DNA of 64,000 nt from Octopus sinensis. Lineage: Eukaryota. The stretch's first letter is position 1. Every line of letters begins with the position of its first letter. Under the pieces are notes generated by a model. That model was not told where the DNA came from, made no database searches, and saw nothing but the letters and a program-made list of their open reading frames with translations. A program made the position numbers and the translations under genes. The DNA is taken from NCBI RefSeq assembly GCF_006345805.1, contig NC_043018.1:10912001-10976000 (forward strand), in the 5' to 3' direction. Shown here in pieces: positions 50,801 through 61,700 of the stretch.

Positions 50801-53800
50801 CTCATTGCCTTTTGTAATATTGTAATATAGACATCATCCTAATTAAACCTATTATGTTATCGAAAAAATATGAGAAAGATATGGTATACGATTCTTTTTG
50901 TGCAGGGGTTCCTTGAGATTTGTAATTTATTTTAAGGGTTACGCAAGGGTGAAAAGGTTGAGAAACACTGCGTTAGAACATAAGAAAAAAATGTCTTACG
51001 TTCTCAGCTCATATTCCACTGAGGACGACCTTTCGGGGTTGATGAAACAAGTACCAGTCATGCACTGGAGTCAATCTAATTGACTGGCCCCTTCCCCCAA
51101 AATTTCAGGCTTTGTGTCTATAAAAGAAAAGATTATTATTATTATTAACCCTTTTGTTACTGTATTTATTTTGAGATGCTCTGTGTTTCTTTCAATTACT
51201 TTAAATATAGCAAAGAATTTAGTAAAATAACTACGTTATCATTAAGCTCGTGTTAGGAACATAAATTGTGACTAAGGTTTGGTGGAAGATTTTAATTCAA
51301 AACCTATGAAAACAAGACATTTGTACTACAGAGCCAGAGCCGGTTTTGACCAGGTTGGTAACGAAAGGGTTAAGGTGCTGAGCTGGCAGAATCGCTAGCA
51401 CATGGGGCAAAATCCTTAGTGGCATTTCATCCACTTTTATGTTCTGAGTTCAAATTCCACCGAGGTTGACTTTGCCTTTCAGGGTCGATTAAATAAATAC
51501 CAGTTATGCATTGGAATCAATGTAATCGACCTAATCCCTCCCCCCAAATTTGAGGCCTTGTGCTTCCAGTAGAAAGCGTTATTCTTCTTCTTCTTATTGA
51601 AGGCAGTGAGCTGGCAGTCATGAGCACACCAGACACAAATGCTTTGTGGCATTTCATCTGTCTTCACGTTCTGAGCTCAAATTCTGCCAAAGCTGACTTT
51701 GCCTTTCGTCTCTTTTGGGGTCAGTAAAGCAAGTACCAGTTGAGCCCTGGGGTTGAGACAATCAACTTTGCCCCACCCTCAAAAGCTGCTGGCCCTGCGC
51801 CAAAATTTAAAACTATGATTATTATTAAGGCAGCTTGCTGGCAGATTCGTTATTCCATTGGACAAAATGCTTAGCAGCCGAGGTGGACTTTGCCTTTCAT
51901 CCTTTTGGAGTTGATAAAATAAGTACCAGTCAGATCATGGGCTCAGTGTGGTTGATTAGCTTCTATGAAGTGGTTGGCATCTGGAAGGGCATCCAGCTGT
52001 GAGAGTCATGCCAAAACTGACCTCGCCTGTGCTGGTGCTGCAACAGACACAGTGGCCTTCCACCTGTCAGGCTCCTGTCAAACCATCCAACCCATGCCAG
52101 CATGCAAGATGGACATTAAATGATGATGTTTATTATTATTGTTGTGGTGACCTGGCAGAATCATCAGGGCCTTATACCTCATGGTGTTTGTTCTGATTTA
52201 AGTTCTAAGTTCAAATTCCACCAACATCAATAAAATCAAATGCCAGTTAAGTGCTGACGTCAGTGCAATCAACTTGCCCCATCATCATCATCATCGTTTA
52301 ACGTCCGCTTTCCATGCTAGCATGGATTGGATGGTTCGATTGGGGTCTGGGAAGTGTTTCTACAGCTGGATGCCCTTCCTAACGCCAACCACTCCGTGAG
52401 TGTAGTGGGTGCTTTTTACGTGCCACCTGCACAGGTGCAAGGCGAGGCTGGCAACGGCCACGATCGGATTGGTGCTTTTTATGTGCCACCGGCACGGAAG
52501 CCAGTCGAGGCAGCGCTGGTATCGGCCACGTTCGGATGGTTCTTTTTACGTACCACCAGACCAGGGATCACAACTGCAGTTTCCATTGATTTTGATGTTG
52601 GTGTACTTGACTCAATGGATCTCCTCAAGCACAGGGTCGAAATGGTGTTTCTTCACTTGCCACCTGCACAGGAGTCAGTCCAGCGGCACTGGCAACTGCT
52701 GGGTGCCAGTCATAGGATTGGTTCAACTCTCAAAATTGCTGGCATTGTGCCAAAATTAGAAAGAATTATTGTTGTGAGTTGGTAAACTGATAGAATCAGC
52801 AGAACTTCAGAAAAAAATGTACTTTTAATGTTCTGACTTTTTCTCTTCTGAGTTCAAATCCTACCAATGCCAGCTTGACTCTGCATCCCTACAGGTATGA
52901 TAAAATACCAGTCAACTACTGGGGTTGATGCGATCAAATAATACCTCTTCGGTTAAAATTATTGAACTTGTGCCTAAATCAGAAACGATATTTGTTGTAC
53001 AACCCCAGGTCAACATTGATTCACCTGGCCTGTGATCTAGGCATAGTGCATCTTGGACTATATTAGCAGTGTGTAACTTGAAGGAGATCTGGCTATTTCT
53101 AGCTGGTCAAGCAGCCCATTGTTGCTGCTGCTGTTGTTGTTTAGCCCCAGGTCTGCTCAGTGAGAGCAGACTAGTAACCAAGATCATCTCATCTTGGCAA
53201 AGTGTGTGTCCATCTTCTTTAAAGATGATAGCATGTAATTTCAAAGAGATTTAGCTGTTGTTTGTAGCAAGCTTAGTAACCTTGCAGAGACTTTCTGCAT
53301 GGTGCAAATCAAAGGGGTCACATCAAAGGCATATCACCCCTTTTGATATGATCCCTGGTTGTCTCGTCCATAAAACCCTGGCTATTCTGGGACTGACCCT
53401 TTATCAATAGTTCCCTTCTACTGTTCATATAGGCACAGGAGGGGCTGCGTGGTAAGAAGCTTGCTTCCCGACCATATAGTTCCGGGTTCAGTCCCACTGC
53501 ATGGCACCTTGGGCAAGTGTCTTCTACAATGGTCTCGGGCCAACCAAAGCCCTAGGAGTGGATTTGGCTGGTGGAAACTGAAAGAAGTTTGTGTGTGTGT
53601 GTGTGTATAGATGTATGTATATGTATGTATTTGTCCCCCCCCCCACTATTGCTTGTCAACCGATGTTGGTGTGTTTATCTCCCCATGACTTAGCAGTTCA
53701 GCCAAAGAGACTGGTAGAATAAGTACTAGGCTTAAAACGAATAAGTCGATTTGTTTGACTAAAGGCGGTGCTGCAGCATGGCCACAGTCAAATGACTGAA

Positions 53801-56319
53801 ACAAGCAAAGGAATGAAAGAATATCTGGCAGGCATTGTTTTTTACTTGGGACTCATTGTAAGTCATCCATTATCATCAACCTTACCGTGTAAGGTATGTC
53901 CTCCCTCATCACCATAGCAACCATGGACCCCATTGTCACCATGACAACAAATTTGTGCCTTTACATGCCGCCCCATAAAAAGATTTCTTTTGTAGTTTTA
54001 GTCTGAGGTGGGAGTGAGTAAAGGTTTCCTTCTTGAGTCATGCTGACTCCTAAGGGCCAGTTTCCCAGTTTCCATGGCGTATATATTCCCCACCTGGATG
54101 GGACACTAGTCCCTTGCTATTAACCCCAAGATTCCAAGTTCAATTCCAAGCTCCTGAATAATAATAATAATAATAATATCGAAAAATACCTTAGGAATGA
54201 GAACCCAGGTTCGAAATTTCCACCAAGACACCGCATGGAGAGTATATCAGTTGAAATGTTGTGTTAACAACAAACAAGATGAGGACAAATATCCATCAAA
54301 TATAAATAACGTAAATAATTCCTCATCTCTTAAATATAGAACTGAAGAATAATAATAATATCAGCAACAAACCTTAGGAATGAGAACTGTACTCTGTTAG
54401 CCATGTAAAGGGTTGGGTTCAAAATTCCAGCAGGACACCTGATGAAGGCTGGAGAATACATCAGTTGAAATGTTGTGGTAACAACAAACAAGGTGAGGAC
54501 ACCTATCTGCCCATTGCAAATAATGTACTTTAAACTCAAATTTTGAATATAAATCTAATACAAAATTTTGATGCAAAGTTTAATTTAGCTGACTTTTCTC
54601 CTTTATCATTCAGAAGACTTTGTTGAATGTAAGACTAATTTATTCCTATTGTTTTGAATTAATCATGCATTATCTTGTCACTTCAAGATTTTGATGATGT
54701 GATTGTTTATTTCTATACAGTAATCTCTTGACTATCGCGGGTGTTATGTTCCAAAACCTCCCACAGAAATAATTAAAATCTAAAAAAATCTAAATACCTA
54801 TCGGCTGGAGAAACCCACGATATACTGAGGAGTTCGTGGTATAAATTTACATATATGTACCGAGTGTGTGATAGGTGAATTGTGATGTGATTGTTTATTT
54901 CTATAATGACATTGTAGGGTAGGTGTGAGAGGTCACATATGGTCAGTGTGAACATAAAATAGGTAGAGCAGTTGGGTTGGATATGACTGGTTTAAAGGCT
55001 AAGGGTTAAAACGGGAAATTTTTATCGTAGACCCAGGGCCAGGATCTGGCAGTTTGGTATCAAAAAATATTATGATGACAGTTATATTAGTAAATTCTTG
55101 TGTAATTTTGAAATTATCCGAAACAGACAGTGTTTCAAGAAGAATATGGTAAATAAAGGCTTCATTCATCCGTGGCTCTACATGGACTGTGTCTGCTTCT
55201 GACAGACTCCTCTCCCCAGAATAAGCAATTCTAATAAAATTCTTTTTGTGGTTCTTCTTTTCTCTTCTAGTGTATCAATTGTCGCAGGATTCTTACAAAT
55301 CGATGGCATTGTATTGATTGCCAGGAGCAGGGCTTATCGATTGATTTGTGTCAAGTTTGTATCGAAAGGTAAGTTCATCTTCATCAAATGTTCTGAAAGT
55401 ATAGTTGCTAGAATACGAATAGGACGGAGAAAGTTTAAAGAGCTATTACCTCTGTTGGCAACAAAAGGTCTCTTATAAAGTGAAAGCCAGATTGTATGAT
55501 GCGTGCATGCAAACGGCAATGCTACATGGTTGTGAATGCAGAGGACAAGCATTAAATGAAATAGGATTGTGTGCAATCATATTTGCACATGGGAAGACAC
55601 TGCAGAAATTGTCTTGAGAGAAAAGAAATTCTAATGGGCTGTGAATGTTAGACCATGAAACATGTTTGTATATTGTTGATTCCAGACACTGAGTTGTCCA
55701 TCGTAGTCACTAAGAACAGGCCAGTCTTGTGTTAGAACCACAAATAATACATTTGCTGGTGTGTTCAAAGCTTTGTCAAACTGGTGTTATTAAGAGGTGT
55801 ACTAAATGACATTGAATGAAATATAGATATTTAGTGTTTATGTACACTCAGACATGAGAAGACACTGCAGAAATTGTCTTTAAATGCAAATAAAACACAT
55901 CAGTTGGGCTATGAATGATGGTGTCAGACCATAGGACATAACGAAAGCGTTTATTGTTGTTAAGTGCTCGAAATAAGAGACTAGAAAAACAGCCAACAAC
56001 TGATGAAGGGTCGTTCTTTACGTTGTTTGTCTTGTTCTCCATTTGTGTCTTTCGTTGTTCGAAAAAATAGTTCATATTCCATGTACTCGTACCTTTTTGT
56101 TGTACACGTTTCATGATGTCCTGTGCCCACATATGTATATATGTACATATATATACACACCTTCGCATATTCCCGTGTCAGGCCGAAGAACGAAATGTTC
56201 CCAAGATAAGAGTCTTTCTAATCTAATGTTGTGGTTGAGCTGTTTTGTTTATTAGTTATTATTATTATTACTATTATTAGTACTAGTATTGTCCCTTTGA
56301 TCCTCGGTCGACAGTTTGC

Positions 56320-56350
<31 letters not shown>

Positions 56351-58281
56351 TTTCAGCTTCGCCTCGTATTGCATATTATTTCTCCATACAGGGGTTTTTT
56401 TCAATGGCGGCCCATTTTCGCGGGGTTCCACTGTTCTTCTCTATCTATCTATCTCTCACGTTCTCTGCCATTCCCCCCTTCCATTGCTAAGAGCATTTTT
56501 AAGCCAGCCCGTCAGTTCAACCTTCGCATATTCCCGGTGCACCCGCCCTTGCCCACCACCACCACCAATACCGGATATCTCTATATTTTTGCTCCATCTA
56601 TACCGGATGTCGCTTCTCCCACCACCATTATAGGTGTCTACTCTTCGAACCCCCCTCTTCAATACGCTATTTCACCATGCATTACCCCTCTCTTGATATC
56701 CTACGTTCTACTTGCCTAGAACCTGTCATCATTTCTCTGAACCACCCCTCCCCACTGGTGCTCCCCTATATATTTCTGCCCCCCCCCCCACATAAAAAAA
56801 AGCACCATCCGAACGTGGCCGATGCCAGACCCCTCTGGCACCTGTGCAGGTGGCACGTAAAAAACACCCACTACACTCGCGGAGTGGTTGGCGTTAGGAA
56901 GGGCATCCAGCTGTAGAAACACTGCCAGACTAGACTGGAGCCTGGGGCAGTCCCTAGCTCCCCAGACCCCGGTCGAAACCGTCCAACCCGTGCTAGCGCG
57001 GAAAACGGACGTTAAATGATGATGATGACATATAGATGTATGTACTTATACATACACACATATATCTATCTATCTATATATATATATATGTACACACGTG
57101 TTTGTTCCCCATCACTGCTTGATCATTGGTGTTGGTGTGTTTACATCCGTTTAATTTAGTGATTGGCCAAGTATCAGGTTCAAAAAGAAAATAAATCCTG
57201 GGTCGATTAGTTTGACGAAATTTTGTCAAAGTGGTGCTCCAGCATGACCAGTCTAATGGCACACACTCACATTGGTCAGCATTGTGAGATTTTCTCTTGA
57301 CCACTGATGTGTATTCTTTGTTTGTTACTTGACTGTGGCCATGCTGGAACACCACCTTGAAGGGTTTTAGTCAAACAAATTGATCGCAAGACTTTTTTCT
57401 TGAGCCTAGTACTTATTTTATTGGTCCCTTTTGCCAAACTGCTAAGTTATGGGGATGTAAACACACCAACACCGGTTGTCAAGCGGTGATGGGTGTGGGA
57501 CAAACACACATATATACACAATGGGCTTTTTTCCGTTTCCATCAACCAAATCCACTAACAAGGCCTTCGTTGGCCTGAGGCTATAATAGAAGGCATTTGC
57601 CCAAGGTGCCATGCAGTGGGACTGAACCTAGGACCATGTGGCTGGGAACCACACCTCTCTTTTATTTGTTTCAGTCATTTGACTGTGGCCATGCTGGAGC
57701 ACCACTTTTTTAGTCGAGCAAATCGACCCCAGGACTTATTCTATCGGTCTCTTTTGCCGAACCGCTAAGTTACGGGGACGTAAACACACCAGCATCGGTT
57801 GTCAAGCAATGCTAGGGGAACAAACATACACACATATATATACGACAGGCTTCTTTCAGTTTCCGTCTACCAAATCCACTCACAAGGCTTTGGTTGGCCC
57901 GAGGCTATAGTAGAAGACACTTGCCCAAGGTGCCACGCAGTGGGACTGAACCTGGAACCATGTGGTTCGTAAGCAAGCTACTTACCACACAGCCACTCCT
58001 GCGCCTATATATTTTTTTCTTATAAAAAGGTATATTTAAAAAAACAAACTACGTGGCCTATTTATTAGATTGTGTGTGTGTCTGTATTGCATGTAATCAC
58101 AAGAGAAATTTGAAAACAAATACTTCACTTGTTTTCTTCCAGTTCTTTTGACCATCCTGTCCACCAAGTGAGCCACCGACTGAAACCATTGAACAGCAAT
58201 CCAAGTTACGTTGACAACGACTACACCAAGTTCTCTGGAGACTATAACTATTTGGATCCAAACTATATGCCAGCCAGTTGA
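40101..58281 (+). CDS. ZZZ3: ZZ-type zinc finger-containing protein 3 (ATAC complex subunit), 8 coding exons, predicted 441 aa
   Basis: Exons 40101-40530, 42087-42216, 43736-43832, 45214-45309, 46440-46613, 49033-49194, 55271-55368, 58143-58281 all have GT-AG boundaries and compatible phases (1326 nt). Translation gives [18 protein letters not shown]/Myb [66 protein letters not shown], a ZZ finger, and the C-terminus [13 protein letters not shown], all characteristic of ZZZ3. Confidence 0.95.
40814..41020. mobile_element. piggyBac-like MITE
   Basis: TTAA|CCCTTTAG ... CTAAAGGG|TTAA; related fragments near 48205, 49690, 54660-55010 and 62340-62470. Confidence 0.75.
42087..42216 (+). CDS. ZZZ3: ZZZ3 coding exon 2 (..[24 protein letters not shown])
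   Basis: TTGCAG acceptor, AG|GTAAAT donor, phases match neighbours. Confidence 0.9.
42260..42458. mobile_element. piggyBac-like MITE, second family
   Basis: TTAA|CCCTTTCG ... CGAAAGGG|TTAA. Confidence 0.75.
43237..43330 (+). ncRNA. Type I hammerhead motif in ZZZ3 intron, sense, long stem II loop
   Basis: CACAG-CTGAAGA-GGGCTTTA...TAAAGCTT-GAAAC-ATAT-GTA-CCGCG. Confidence 0.55.
43736..43832 (+). CDS. ZZZ3: ZZZ3 coding exon 3 (SANT/Myb core)
   Basis: [32 protein letters not shown]; CCAAG acceptor, GTATGT donor. Confidence 0.93.
45214..45309 (+). CDS. ZZZ3: ZZZ3 coding exon 4
   Basis: [32 protein letters not shown]; poly-T then TAG acceptor, GTGGGT donor. Confidence 0.93.
46100..46330 (+). 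mobile_element. tRNA-derived SINE family B (OK-like, name tentative), representative full copy
   Basis: GGTGAGCTGGCAGAAACGTTAGC..GAGTTCAAATTCC..GACTTTGCCTTTCATCC. Others at about 15500-15660, 29150-29460, 41240-42060 (cluster), 50170-50810(-), 51000-51920, 52150-52280. Confidence 0.85.
46440..46613 (+). CDS. ZZZ3: ZZZ3 coding exon 5
   Basis: [33 protein letters not shown]...; TTCTTCCAG acceptor, GTGAGT donor. Confidence 0.88.
47609..47905 (+). mobile_element. Mariner transposon 5' fragment
   Basis: TA-TCAGGTCATCCCATAAGTTCTGTCCG TIR-like start, then [32 protein letters not shown] (mariner N-terminal HTH-like). Confidence 0.65.
49033..49194 (+). CDS. ZZZ3: ZZZ3 coding exon 6 (poly-Asp, then [18 protein letters not shown])
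   Basis: TGCAG acceptor, GTAAGT donor, phase 0-0, 54 codons. Confidence 0.88.
49215..49607 (-). mobile_element. SINE family A full-length copy just downstream of ZZZ3 exon 6
   Basis: Reverse complement of the 32670 copy. Confidence 0.85.
51149..51369. mobile_element. piggyBac-like MITE, same family as 42260
   Basis: TTAA|CCCTTTTG ... CGAAAGGG|TTAA, internal sequence similar to 42260. Confidence 0.75.
54435..54478 (+). ncRNA. Hammerhead motif in ZZZ3 intron, sense, second unit of a tandem pair
   Basis: ACAC-CTGATGA-A-GGCTG/GAGAATACAT/CAGTT-GAAAT-GTT-GTGG. Confidence 0.55.
55271..55368 (+). CDS. ZZZ3: ZZZ3 coding exon 7 (ZZ zinc finger)
   Basis: [32 protein letters not shown]; long pyrimidine tract then CTAG acceptor, AG|GTAAGT donor. 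Confidence 0.9.
55405..55550 (+). mobile_element. RTE LINE internal fragment
   Basis: [37 protein letters not shown]. Confidence 0.6.
58143..58281 (+). CDS. ZZZ3: ZZZ3 last coding exon
   Basis: [45 protein letters not shown]; TTCCAG acceptor. Confidence 0.92.
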
Positions 58282-58749
58282 TGATAGCTGAATCAACAGG
58301 ATCCATCAGAGGTTGTCTTTGCGGATAAGCTGACAAACTGGGCCGGTTGCAGATACGACACAAAAGCCAACCAGCCTGCTGGGAACAGACTTAACATAAA
58401 TGGTATTCTAACCATGACCATCCATCAGATTTTTTTTTTTAAATTTAATTTTTAGCAGGTCAAGTGAATGTACAGAGGGTCTCTATCTCTTATTCTGCAG
58501 CCTACTAAAACAAGGTTTGCATCATAGTTTGGTGTCCTTTTTTTCTTTTCTTTCTTTGTTTTTAATACCAAGTGGAATTTACCTGGTCGGAAATACTTAA
58601 AACTTAAGTTTAGTTTAAGAGTAACTTTTTCCTTTTTTTTTACCTGGAGACCTTTACAAGGTTTACGAAGGTTACTATTCATTAGATTAAATCCATAAAA
58701 GCGGAAAAAAAAAACAACAAATAAGAGAATTTATCAAATACAAATGATA

Positions 58750-58755
58750 TTTATT
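58750..58755 (-). terminator. Candidate OSTC polyadenylation signal AATAAA
   Basis: TTTATT on + strand, 15 nt downstream of the OSTC stop codon. Confidence 0.55.
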
Positions 58756-58770
58756 CACTTTAAATCTTCA

Positions 58771-58789
58771 CTAAGCCACAAGGTAACCC
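58771..58789 (-). CDS. OSTC: OSTC last coding exon (GYLVA*)
   Basis: CTTCTTTCTTTTCCATTTCAG acceptor then G GGT TAC CTT GTG GCT TAG completes the phase-2 Pro codon. Confidence 0.88.
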
Positions 58790-61700
58790 CTGAAATGGAA
58801 AAGAAAGAAGGTTTCAATTAGCAAAAACATTAAATTTTTACTTTTTCTTTTTTACAGAAACAAATTTAGTCCTGACGAATCATCATTTAACATCCGTTGT
58901 TGGATGGCTTGACTGAGGTCTGGAGAGCCAGCGGCTGCACCATGCTCCAGTCTGATCTGGCAATGTTTCTACAGCTGGATGCTCTTCCTAATGCCAACCA
59001 CTCTGAGAGTGTAGTGGGTGCTTTTTACATGCCACCGTCATGAGAACCAGTCAGCAGGTACTGACACCGGTCATGTTTGGATGGTGGTTTTTATGTGCTA
59101 CTGGCACGAGAGCTAGCCAGGAGGTTCTGGCACTGGCCACGTTTAGATGGTGCTTTTTGCGTGCCACCGGCATGAGAGCCAGTCAGGAGGTTCTGGCACT
59201 GGCCACGTTTAGATGGCGCTTTTTGCGTGCCACCGGCATGAGAGCCAGTCAGGAGGTTCTGGCACTGTTACGTGCCACCGGCATGAGAGCCAGTCAGGAG
59301 GTTCTGGCACTGTTACGTGCCACCGGCATGAGAGCCAGTCAGGAGGTTCTGGCACTGTTACGTGCCACCGGCATGAGAGCCAGTCAGGAGGTTCTGGCAC
59401 TGGCCACATTTAGATGGTGCTTTTTGCGTGCCACCGGCATGAGAGCCAGTCAGGAGGTTCTGGCACTGTTACGTGCCACCGGCATGAGAGCTAGTCAGGA
59501 GGTTCTGGCACTGTTACGTGCCACCGGCATGAGAGCCAGTCAGGAGTTCTGGCACTGTTACGTGCCACCGGCATGAGAGCCAGTCAGGAGGTTCTGGCAC
59601 TGTTACGTGCCACCGGCATGAGAGCCAGTCAGGAGGTTCTGGCACTGGCCACATTTAGATGGTGCTTTTTGCGTGCCACCGGCATGAGAGCCAGTCAGGA
59701 GGTTCTGGCACTGTTACGTGCCACCGGCATGAGAGCTAGTCAGGAGGTTCTGGCACTGTTACGTGCCACCGGCATGAGAGCCAGTCAGGAGGTTCTGGCA
59801 CTGGCCACGTTTAGATGGTGCTTTTTGCGTGCCACCGGCATGAGAGCCAGCCAGGGAGCACAAGCCACAGCTACTAGAATATAATTTTGAAGTTAGGAAT
59901 AGAGAAATATAAACTTGACTGATTTATAGAGGATAAAACAAAAGAAAGGAGAGTAGTGATGAAATCAACAGAAGTAAACAAAAAGAAAATGTCTTTGATT
60001 CCACTGAGGAACACAATTCTTGTCCTTGGGTAGCAACTGTTGCTTCCTTTTTGATAGGAACCATACAAAGTGTGAAAAATGCCTAATATTTCCTTCAAAC
60101 TTTGCTTTTTTTATATTTATTTAAACCCCAAAAATCTCTCTCGACACATGGCTATGATGTTACCCAACTGCTCGTGAGCAGAGATGTACATATCATCAGC
60201 CACCAAGGGACATGCTCAAGGGGTTAAGGTCAAGCAAATCTGTGGTATAGAGCAGAATATTTGCTATAATGATATTTCTGAAATTCAGTAACCTCAGCAC
60301 TGAATCTGTCTGAAATGTTATGGAAAATAGGTCAGTTTCAAAACATTGATGTCCAGGTCACAAAAGCAAAGTGTGAAGAGAATTTCGTTTGATTTTTTAG
60401 ACAGAAGCAAATAGGAAATAACACTCGCAGACCAAAGACAAGAAAATTACAAATTCTGTTCCAGTGTTCTATGCCTGCTCAGTCCCAGCCGAGTTGGGCT
60501 AAAGACGAACAACAGCAGCAGTTGAATGTGGTGCAGACTCTAATCAACAGAGAAGCAAAAGTGGGATTCTTGCCAGAAGAAGGATTGGAGCTTGGTTTTC
60601 GTTTTGTATTCAATGAGGCAAACTAGAACAAGAGTTAAGTGCATTGCTCAAACGAGAGTAATGAAGTCTCAAGTTTATCATCAATCAACATGTAACGTCC
60701 ATTTTTTTGTCCATGCTGACCTGGGTTGGACAGCTGGACGGCAACTGGTCAGGCCAGGGACCACACCAGGTTCCATGGTGTGTTTTGGTTTGGTCTCTAC
60801 AGCTGGATACTTAACTCTTTCTAATGCAAACCACTTTACAGAGTGTGCTGGGTGCCTTTTAGATGGCACCTTAGTCCTAGCAGGTTAAGTTAATTTTTTG
60901 GCTCAAAAAGCGAAAAGCAAGGCCATGTAGGGGGACATGGAGTTATGTACAGAGAGGGTGTTCATGCAAAGAGTTCAGGCCATTTCTGGTCAAGAGAGAC
61001 TTTGAACCGAGCGGTCGTCGGCATCTTCACTATCTCGTCTGGCAGCTTATTCCACGGATCCACAACCCGGAAGGAGAAAGCCCCTCTCCTTCGATTGAGA
61101 TGAAATCGTCGCAGATAGAGCTTTATGACTTATGTGCTAATGGTGAGGGGACAGACTACATGGGAGAAAGAATTATAAGAACACTGCATCAGTGACAATG
61201 AGGAGGAAATACTTACGGCAGCTTCATCCTCATAAACACCCAACACATGAAGAACGAGGTTAAAATGGTAAGAAATGATACGGAAAACAGAAGGACTCGG
61301 TTGAGGCGGGGCAAACTTGGTTTGTTGGTTTGGTCAAGGATGACAAAACCCACACCTCCGAGGGTGAACAAGAAGCTGGAAGCCAAACCCTCCATTATGT
61401 ATTGACCATTTACTCGATACGGCATGAAGGCCACCTGCAAAAGAAAGAAGAGGCAAAAGTGTTGGACATGTGTCAGTGGTTTAGTGCAGGGATGGACATT
61501 TTGTTTATCTGTTACTCAGCCACAGTGCCCCCCCCCCAGCAAAATTCTGGTTGTGTTAAAGTTTTAACCCTAATGGTCAATGGTTTTGCATTTTATAATG
61601 TGATGGGTCCATAGCAAAGCATCCTGAACATTTTATTCTGTTTACTGAATGGCTGTTCGCCATCCTCGTCTAGCATCTGTGTCGGTGGCATGTAAAAAGC

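Noticed and set aside
59040-59884. 178-aa and 103-aa repetitive ORFs ([13 protein letters not shown])
   Set aside because: They arise from a SINE-internal VNTR in an OSTC intron, are broken by a frameshift, and have no splice or promoter support.
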